64,000 bases of DNA, taken from Actinomycetota bacterium (GTDB lineage: Bacteria; Actinomycetota; Acidimicrobiia; Spongiisociales; UBA11373). Below, in pieces: positions 21,363 through 28,700 of the stretch (the stretch's first letter is position 1; every line of letters starts with the position of its first letter). A program made the position numbers and the translations under genes. The stretch is from positions 11,311 through 75,310 of the forward strand of contig VGBK01000001.1 of assembly GCA_016870535.1 (NCBI GenBank). The letters run 5' to 3'. The notes beneath the pieces were generated by a model that saw only the letters and a list, made by a program, of their open reading frames with translations, did no database searches and was not told where the DNA came from.

Positions 21363-21460
21363 TACCTCTCAGAAAACCGGCCCCCGGCTAACCTGCGCGG
21401 TGCGTCCGGGGACGAGCGGGAGGGGCGAGTCGCGGGCGTCGGCACCGCAAGAGGTTCTTC

Positions 21461-22183
21461 ATGATCCGGCTCCAGGATGTCACCAAGGTCTACGACGGCG
21501 GGGTGGTCGCCGCCCAGGGGGTGAACCTGGAGATCGAGAAGGGGGAGTTCGTCTTCCTGGTGGGGCCGTCCGGCTCGGGGAAGTCCACGCTCATCCGCCT
21601 GTTGCTGCGCGAGGAACTGCCGACCGGCGGCGACCTGTGGGTGGCCGGCAAGCATGTGAACCGGCTCCCGGCGTGGAAGGTGCCGCTCCTGCGCCGGGCG
21701 GTGGGCACCGTCTTTCAGGACTTCAAGCTCCTCCCCTCCAAGACGGTGTACGAGAACGTGGCTTTCGCCCTCGAGGTCATCGGGCGCCCGCGTCATGTGG
21801 TCCGCCAGCAGGTCCCCCAGGTGCTGCGCCTGGTGGGACTGGCCGCCAAGGCCGACCGCCTGCCCCGGCAGCTCTCCGGCGGCGAGCAGCAGCGGGTCTC
21901 CATCGCCCGAGCCTTCGTGAACCGCCCCCTCATCCTCTTCGCCGACGAGCCCACCGGGAACCTCGACCCCGGTACCTCGGTGGGGATCATGCGCCTGCTC
22001 GACCGCATCAACCGCACCGGCACCACCGTCGTCATGGCTACCCACGACCACGCCATCGTCGACGCCATGCGGCGCCGGGTGGTAGCCCTGGAGCGGGGGG
22101 CGGTGGTGCGCGACCAGAGCCGCGGGGTCTACGAGGCGGTGCTGCCCTTCCCAGAGGGGCGCGATGAGGAAGAGGCGGAGTAG
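21461..22183 (+). CDS. ftsE: Cell division ATP-binding protein FtsE
   Basis: ABC ATPase with Walker [10 protein letters not shown], the signature [14 protein letters not shown] and Walker [13 protein letters not shown]. It sits in the conserved ftsE-ftsX pair. Confidence 0.9.
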   Translation: MIRLQDVTKVYDGGVVAAQGVNLEIEKGEFVFLVGPSGSGKSTLIRLLLREELPTGGDLWVAGKHVNRLPAWKVPLLRRAVGTVFQDFKLLPSKTVYENVAFALEVIGRPRHVVRQQVPQVLRLVGLAAKADRLPRQLSGGEQQRVSIARAFVNRPLILFADEPTGNLDPGTSVGIMRLLDRINRTGTTVVMATHDHAIVDAMRRRVVALERGAVVRDQSRGVYEAVLPFPEGRDEEEAE

Positions 22184-22186
22184 GCC

Positions 22187-23065
22187 GTGCGCTTCCAGTA
22201 CCTCCTCACCCAGACCGTGCAGGGCATTCGGCGCAACCCGCTGGTGGTAGCCAGCGCGGTGGTAGCGGTGCTGGTCACCCTGGTGCTGGTGTTCGGGTCG
22301 ATCGTGGTGCGCTGGTCCATCGACCAGGACATCGGACGCTGGGACGACAACGTGCGGGTGATCGCCTGGCTGGGGGACGTGTCGCCGGACCAGGTGTTCG
22401 CCATGCAGCGGGAGATCGCCGAGTGGCCCGAGGTGGACGAGGTCGTCTACTTCAGCAAGTCACAGGCGCTCGAGGAGTTCCGGGAGTTGTTCGCCGACCA
22501 ACCGGCCCTCATCGATGTGGTGCAGGACGACCCTTCGGTGCTGCCCCAGTCGCTGCGCATCAAGCCCACCGAGGTGGGCAACTACGCCGACATCCAGAAC
22601 CGGGTGGCGGTGTACCCCGGGGTGCAGCAGGCGACGGCGGCGGGGGAGGAGATCGACGCCCTCGTGGTGCGCTCCAATCGCATGCGCACTTTCGCCGTGG
22701 GGGTGTTCATCGTCCTGGGCACGGCGGCCCTGGTGCTGATCGCCAACACCGTCCGCATGGCGGTGTACGCCCGGCGCGACGAGATCGCCATCATGCGCCT
22801 GGTGGGGGCGGGCAACTGGTTCATCCGGGTGCCCTTCTTGCTGGAGGGCCTGGTGGAGGGGGTCACCGGCGCCGCCCTGGCCGCCCTCATCGTGGGACTG
22901 GGTCACAAGCCCATCGTGCAGATGCTGAGCACCGTCGCCGATCCCGACGCCATCGTGGTCCCCGTCCAGTTCTTGCTGCAGCAATCCCTGCTGGTGCTGA
23001 CCTTCGGGGCGGTCACCGGCCTGCTGGGCAGCGCCCTGGGCATGTGGGGCACCCTGCGGGACTGA
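22187..23065 (+). CDS. ftsX: Cell division permease-like protein FtsX
   Basis: N-terminal transmembrane helix, a periplasmic domain and the C-terminal FtsX permease fold (IANTVRMAVYARRDEIAIMRLVGAGNWFIRVPFLLEG). Directly downstream of ftsE. GTG start. Confidence 0.85.
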   Translation: MRFQYLLTQTVQGIRRNPLVVASAVVAVLVTLVLVFGSIVVRWSIDQDIGRWDDNVRVIAWLGDVSPDQVFAMQREIAEWPEVDEVVYFSKSQALEEFRELFADQPALIDVVQDDPSVLPQSLRIKPTEVGNYADIQNRVAVYPGVQQATAAGEEIDALVVRSNRMRTFAVGVFIVLGTAALVLIANTVRMAVYARRDEIAIMRLVGAGNWFIRVPFLLEGLVEGVTGAALAALIVGLGHKPIVQMLSTVADPDAIVVPVQFLLQQSLLVLTFGAVTGLLGSALGMWGTLRD

Positions 23066-23550
23066 TGTCCCGCCGGATCGCCCCGGAGGGCCCCGGGGTC
23101 AAGGTGGTCGCCGTCAATCGCCGGGCCCGCCACGACTACGAGATCATGGAGTCCTTCGAGGCCGGCCTGGCCCTGCTCGGGTCGGAGGTCAAGAGCCTGC
23201 GGGCGGGCCGCGCCGACCTCAAGGACGGCTACGGCAGCATCGAAGGCGGCCAGGCCTGGCTCATCGGGGTGCACATCTCGCCCTACCAGTTCGCGCGCGA
23301 GGGGGGCCACGAGCCCGAGCGCGCCCGCAAGCTGCTCCTGCACCGGGGGGAGATCGAGCGCATCCGGGGCAAACTCGACCAGAAGGGTCTCACCCTGATC
23401 CCGCTGCGCCTCTACTTCAAGGCGGGCAAGGCCAAGGTGGAAGTGGCCCTGGCCCGGGGCAAGGCCAGATACGACAAGCGGGAGACGCTGAAGCGGCGCC
23501 AGGCCGAGCGCGAGATGCAGCGGGCCATGCGGCACAAGAGCATCGACTGA
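23065..23550 (+). CDS. smpB: SsrA-binding protein SmpB
   Basis: MSRRIAPEGPGVKVVAVNRRARHDYEIMESFEAGLALLGSEVKSLRAG...LIPLRLYFKAGKAKVEVALARGK is canonical SmpB. Its start overlaps the ftsX stop (TGATG). Confidence 0.9.
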   Translation: MSRRIAPEGPGVKVVAVNRRARHDYEIMESFEAGLALLGSEVKSLRAGRADLKDGYGSIEGGQAWLIGVHISPYQFAREGGHEPERARKLLLHRGEIERIRGKLDQKGLTLIPLRLYFKAGKAKVEVALARGKARYDKRETLKRRQAEREMQRAMRHKSID

Positions 23551-23571
23551 GCCGCCGCTCGATGCGGCAGG

Positions 23572-24498
23572 TCAGTCGATGCGGCGGGCCTCAAGGAAGG
23601 CGGCTCCTCCGGCAACGAGGCCCGCGGCGACCGGCATCCAGTAGGAGATGAGCCGGTAGACGAGGGTGGGGGCGAGGCCGGCTTCGGGGGGAATGGCGAA
23701 GACGACCAGGGCTCCGATGAGGCCTGCCTCGGCGAATCCCAGGCCTCCCGGAGTCCCGGGGAGCCCTCCCGCCAATTGGGACATGCCGAAGGCGGCAAAC
23801 ACCTGGGCAGGGGTGAGGCGTACGCCGAAGGCGAAGAGCACCAGGCCCAGAACGGCGGCTTCGGTGATCAGACGCGTTGCCAGCAGACCCACGGTGCGGG
23901 GGTCGAGGGACTGGTCACAGAAGGCAGGCGCCAGTCGGTCTCGTAGGCGTGAAGGGAGGCGGCCTACCAGACTTCCCAGCCGGGAAGACCCGAAGGTGAG
24001 GAGGCCGCCCAAGCCCAAGAGGGCCGCTCCCACCCCGGTGGCCGCCCCGGCCGCCTCGGGGAGGATACGTTCCCGCAGCCCGATCCAAACCAGCACGCCG
24101 CCGGTGCCGGTCAGCAGACCGGAGTAGTTGAGCGTGGTGGCTCGCACCGCGGCTCCGGCGGTGCCCGGCAACTCGGGGCGCGCCGACCAGGCCATAGCCA
24201 CCGGGGTCACCGCCCCGCCGGCGGGGAGCAGTCGGGCCACGCCTGCTCCCAGGAGCGCTGCCCTGAAGGCAGAGCGGCGGCGAAGGTGCCTGTCCTCCCG
24301 CGCCAGGCCGTGGCGGAACTGCTCCCCGAACAGCCAAACGGCGGCCCATTGGGCCGGTACCGCTGCCGCCAGGAGTGAGAGGCCGAGAGGGCCGGGAGAG
24401 GAGAGTCCGCGGCTGGAGAGAATCCAGGCGAGAAGTCCGGCGTAGCCGAGGAAGACGATGATTCCTGCGGCCAGGAGGAGGACGGTCCGCCCGCGCAT
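23572..24498 (-). CDS. UPF0104 / lysylphosphatidylglycerol synthase-like transmembrane-region protein
   Basis: Polytopic membrane protein (RGRTVLLLAAGIIVFLGYAGLLAWIL ... FGMSQLAGGLPGTPGGLGFAEAGLIGALV) typical of the MprF-TM/flippase-like family. The start is uncertain: 24498, 24525 or 24618. Confidence 0.55.
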   Translation of the reverse strand: MRGRTVLLLAAGIIVFLGYAGLLAWILSSRGLSSPGPLGLSLLAAAVPAQWAAVWLFGEQFRHGLAREDRHLRRRSAFRAALLGAGVARLLPAGGAVTPVAMAWSARPELPGTAGAAVRATTLNYSGLLTGTGGVLVWIGLRERILPEAAGAATGVGAALLGLGGLLTFGSSRLGSLVGRLPSRLRDRLAPAFCDQSLDPRTVGLLATRLITEAAVLGLVLFAFGVRLTPAQVFAAFGMSQLAGGLPGTPGGLGFAEAGLIGALVVFAIPPEAGLAPTLVYRLISYWMPVAAGLVAGGAAFLEARRID

Positions 24499-24499
24499 G

Positions 24500-25162
24500 T
24501 CAGGCCGTGGCGGGCCGGTCCGCATCGGGACCGGGTGGGTCCGAGGGCTCGGCACGGGGTGGCTTCCAGTCGAAGACCACCCGCTGGAGGGCCGCCCTGA
24601 AGCCGGGTTCCCGCTCATCGCCGCCCTGGGCGCGGCGCGCCATCATGAGCACGGCCAGACCGGTGGCAACGGTGATCTCCGTGCCGGAGAACGGGGCGAG
24701 GGAGGCGTAGACGGGCAGCACGCCCCAGCCGGCGAAGCCGCCTATCCCACCCCCCAGCTTCCAGCCGGCCATAGCCCAGGCGGCAGGCCAGACGACCAGC
24801 GCCGGGTTGAGGCCGAGCAGTACGCCGGCGGAGGTGGCCAGGCCCCGCCCGCCGCGTCCCTTCAAGAACACCGACCAGTTGTGGCCGGCCACCGCCGCCA
24901 AGCCGGCGGTGGCCGCCGCCGCGCTGCCGAGGCTGGCGGGCGCGAGGGTGAAGGCGAGCAGTCCCTTGGCGCCGTCGAGGACAGCGGCCAGGGCGCCGGG
25001 CTTCCAGCCCACCGTCCTGGTCAGGTTGCCGGCGCCGACGTTGCCCGAGCCGACGCGGCGGATGTCTACTCCCCGCCGCAGGCCGACGAGGAGGGGGAAC
25101 GGGATCGAGCCCAGCAGGTAGGCCGAGGCGGCCACCAGGAGCAAGAGCGCCGGCTCAATCAT
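24500..25162 (-). CDS. plsY: Glycerol-3-phosphate acyltransferase PlsY
   Basis: The ATG at 25162 gives MIEPALLLLVAASAYLLGSIPFPLLVG...GSGNVGAGNLTRTVG (the PlsY GSGNxGxTN motif) ...GHNWSVFLKGRGG. Confidence 0.8.
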   Translation of the reverse strand: MIEPALLLLVAASAYLLGSIPFPLLVGLRRGVDIRRVGSGNVGAGNLTRTVGWKPGALAAVLDGAKGLLAFTLAPASLGSAAAATAGLAAVAGHNWSVFLKGRGGRGLATSAGVLLGLNPALVVWPAAWAMAGWKLGGGIGGFAGWGVLPVYASLAPFSGTEITVATGLAVLMMARRAQGGDEREPGFRAALQRVVFDWKPPRAEPSDPPGPDADRPATA

Positions 25163-25263
25163 GGTGAGCGAGGGTATCAGACTCGGTCGGACCGTCCGGC
25201 GGAGGGCGACCGATTCCCCAGGTCGCCTCACCGTTGTACAGTGGGTAGTGCGCTTCGCGCCCT

Positions 25264-25614
25264 TGGGGGTGAACTGGTTTCGACTCTGAGGGTTGAGGCG
25301 ACGGCAGCGAGCCGAGGTCCCCGGAGTCCTCGCTAAAGAGCCGGGACAACCAACAAGTGCCGAGCCTGAACTCGCACTGGCCGCCTAACTAGTCGGCCCG
25401 TCCGCCCGGAGGGTGCCCCCCTCGCCGGAGCCGGGCGTCGCAATGGGGGATGCCCCCGCCGGGGTGCCGTGACCGGCGGGTCAAGCCGACTGCGGCTGGG
25501 GTGGCGGGAGACGCGCCGGTAGCGTCCCGTCACCCGAGAACCAGCTATCGGCTGCGCTCGGAGACGCCGGCGTTGAAACTCAGAGGACCGGGGTTCGACT
25601 CCCCGCACCTCCAC
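25264..25614 (+). ncRNA. ssrA: tmRNA (transfer-messenger RNA, SsrA)
   Basis: 5' GGGGGTGAACTGGTTTCGAC... and 3' ...GGGGTTCGACTCCCCGCACCTCCACC form a tRNA-like domain with a 7-bp acceptor stem. The internal tag reading frame GCC GAG CCT GAA CTC GCA CTG GCC GCC TAA encodes AEPELALAA. It lies 1.7 kb downstream of smpB. Confidence 0.8.
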
Positions 25615-25778
25615 CGATCGGGCGGCCCCCACGGGGGCCGCCCGGCGCGTTCGCATCGGGGGTTGTCTCAGGGCCTTGCCGGATGGGCAGCAGGCCGGTG
25701 CGGGGTGTTGAATGGCACCATGAGACCTCGAGCCGGCGGCGACGCCGGGGCGAGGGGTCGCTTCGAGAGGGGGATGTG

Positions 25779-28700
25779 ATGCCGGGGGGAGACGAGATCG
25801 ACCTCGGGTCGATCGAGCGCTTCATCAAGCTGGCGGTGCAGTCGGGGACCATCGACTCCAGCACGGCGCTGCGGCTGTGGGGTCTTGCCTGCGCCGCGTC
25901 TGCTCCACCTCCGCCGGCTCCCGCCCCGCCGCGTGCTCCTTCGCTCGCGCCTCAGCAGGTGGCCGCCGCCGAGGCGACCTTGGACGCCGCAGCCGCCTTT
26001 CTCGACCGGTCCGGCGGGCGCTTGCAGGTCGGGCTCCGCCAGGCACTGGAACGGGAGGTCATCTCGCTTCGTCGGGCCCTGCAGGCCGCCGACGGTGAGT
26101 CGGCCACCCGGTCCGAGGGGCGCCTGGCGGCTGCGCTGGCCGCCGCCGGCCGCAGCCTGGAGGTCGCTCCGGCGGCTGCGGCCTCTGCACGTCCGGTGGT
26201 CGTGGTCACGCCGCCGGGGCCTCCGCCCCCGTCTCCGCCGGTTGCGCCGCGCCGACCCGCCGGCCCCACCTGGTCCGAACGCCTGCAGGGTTACCTCGGC
26301 CGGCTCCGCCGGGCGGTGGGCAGCGACTTCGCCATCCACGGGATCACCTACCTGGGGGTGTTCCTCGCTCTGGTGGTACTCGTGGTGTTCTTCGCCGTGG
26401 ACGACTACTTCGGCCGGACGTTCCGCATCCCCTGGACCCGCCCGTTCATGTTCTTGGCCTTCCCGGCCTTCTTCTTCGTGCTCGCCTGGGTGTTGCGCCA
26501 CCGCAGCGGGATCCCGCAGGCGGCGGTCGCCGTGGAACTGATCGGAGCGGTGCTGGTGCCGGCCATGGTGGCGGCGCTGTTCCGGGACGGTTTCTGGTTC
26601 CCCCCCAACGTCGAGAGGCTCGGACGGTGGGCGGTCTATGCCGGCTCGGGGCTGCCGGCCGTGCTGCTGTTCTGGTGGCTCGCCCGGCGGCGGCCGTTCT
26701 ACGCCTACCTGATCGCTCCCACGATCTGGACGGTGGTGGGCGCGCTGGGCCTCTACGTGCACTTCGAGTGGATCGACATGCCGGGAGATGTCCCGGATAT
26801 GCCCGAGGGGATCTCGGCTTACCAGGTGGTCCTGATCCTGGCGGTCATGGCGGCCTCGGTGGTCGTTGCCTCGGTGATCCGCCGCACCAGGCTGGGCCGG
26901 CTGGCCTCGGTCCCGACGGTTCGCATGGCCGCCGTCCTGGCCCCGTTCGTACTGCTTGCCGCCGTGCAGTTCGCCTACTCCGACGCGGTGCTGGAGGGGC
27001 CTCCCGGGGTAGGGCCCGGCCTCGCGCAGATGGGTTTCCCCCTCGCTCTGGCGGCCGTCGCCGCGGGGGCGGTCTTCCTGGCGGTCCGTTGGGCCGCGTT
27101 TGCCTGGGAGGGCCTCCCCGCCCGTATGCGCCGGGAGATCCCGGCGGTCGCCGCGGTGTTGGGCGGCGCCGCGTTGGCGGCGGCACCGCCGCTGGGCCTG
27201 GCGGAGGTCCTGCCCCTGCCTTGGGTGGGAGCGGCCCTGTGCGGCACCGGGGTCGTCCTGGCTGCCCTGGAACGGCTGCCCGGTTTCGGCACCCGCGCCG
27301 GCTCGTGGGTAGCGGCCGCGGCCGCTTCCGCAGGCCTCGCCGTGTCCCTGGGCGGGGGTGGCGCCACCCTGGCAGCCTGGGGGGTGGTCGCCGTGGCCCT
27401 GGCTGCCTTCCCCGCCGGAACGCGGCGATTCTTCCGTGCCGGCGCGGTGCCGGCGGCCGCTTCCCGGGCGCTGCTCGAGGTGGCCGTGCTGGTGGCGCTC
27501 GGCGCCGGCGCGGCGCGGCTGGCCTGGCCGGAGGGCACGGTGTGGGTGCTCGTAGGGGCGGCGGCAGTCCTGGCGGGGCTCCGCCGGGCACCTCACTTGC
27601 CGGGCGACATGGGGGGGCTCCCCGGGGTTCCGGCGGCCATCCTGGTGGCCGCCGGCCTCGGGGTGGCCGCGGCCCGCGCGGCAGGCGGGACGGGGCCGGG
27701 CTACGCCGCCTCAGGGGCCCTGATCCTCGCAGCCGGCCTGGTGGTGCTCCTGCTCGACGCACCGTGGCTCGTTCGTCTCCTGCCCGGCGTGGGCCTGCTC
27801 GCGGCCGGGGGCCTGGTCGAACTGCGGCCCGCTCTCGACGCCGGGGAGTGGACGGGAGCGGCGGCCGACGCTGCGGTGCTGGGAGGTCTCGGCCTGGCGC
27901 TGGTGGGGGATGCCCTCCTGCGTCGCTCGGGCCGATTCCGGATATGGCACGCCGGGTTGGGCCATCTGCTCGCGGTTGCCGCGGCGGCTCGCAGCCTCCC
28001 CCACGAACGTTCGGCATTGGTCGGCCTGGCGGTCCTGTTCGCGGCGCAGGCCGCCGAGGCGGCGGGGGTGGAGCACGGGCGATCCGTCCTGGTGGCGCGC
28101 CTGACGGCTCGTTCGGGCGTCTCGGCTGCCTGGGAGGCTCTGCCGGCGGCGGCCGCGGCGATGGCGCTGCCCTTCATCATGGTGCTGGCCGGGCGCCGAA
28201 TCCCCGGCGTGGCTGCTGAGAGCGCGCGGTCCGGCCTGGTGCTGGCAACCACCGCTCTGGGTCTGGCCGGAGGGTCGCTGCTGTGGAGGAAGCGAGCGCG
28301 GCCACGAGTGGTCACTGCCGCGGCTGCTACCGCGGTAGCCCTGGCCGGCGTGGGCTGCGCGGCTCCCTCGGCCACCGGTCTGCTGCTGGCGACCGGCGCC
28401 GCGACGCTGAGCACCGCCATCGTGGCCATCGGGTGCCGTCTGCCGTGGGCGGTGAGCCTGCCTTGGACGGGGGCTGCCGGCACCCTTTTGCTGGGGCTGT
28501 GGCGCGCCGGGGTGGCTCCTCTCGACCTGCGCTTTGGGGTGCTCGGCTGCGGGGCGGCGCTGGCCGCCGCGCCCGCCCTGGTGAACTGGCGGCGGGGACG
28601 GCCCAGGCCCACGCTGGGGCCCTGGCTGTGGCCTCCGCTGATGCTCGGCCTGGGCTTGCTCGGAGCGGCGGTTGGCCTCGGCCTGGCAGAGACGCGGCTC

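Noticed and set aside
25163-25780. ssrA as an attachment site for an integrated island
   Set aside because: No integrase, excisionase, phage genes or duplicated tmRNA 3'-end repeat were seen downstream. The following genes (add, nucleoside ABC transporter) are housekeeping. Island status for the giant gene therefore remains unsupported.
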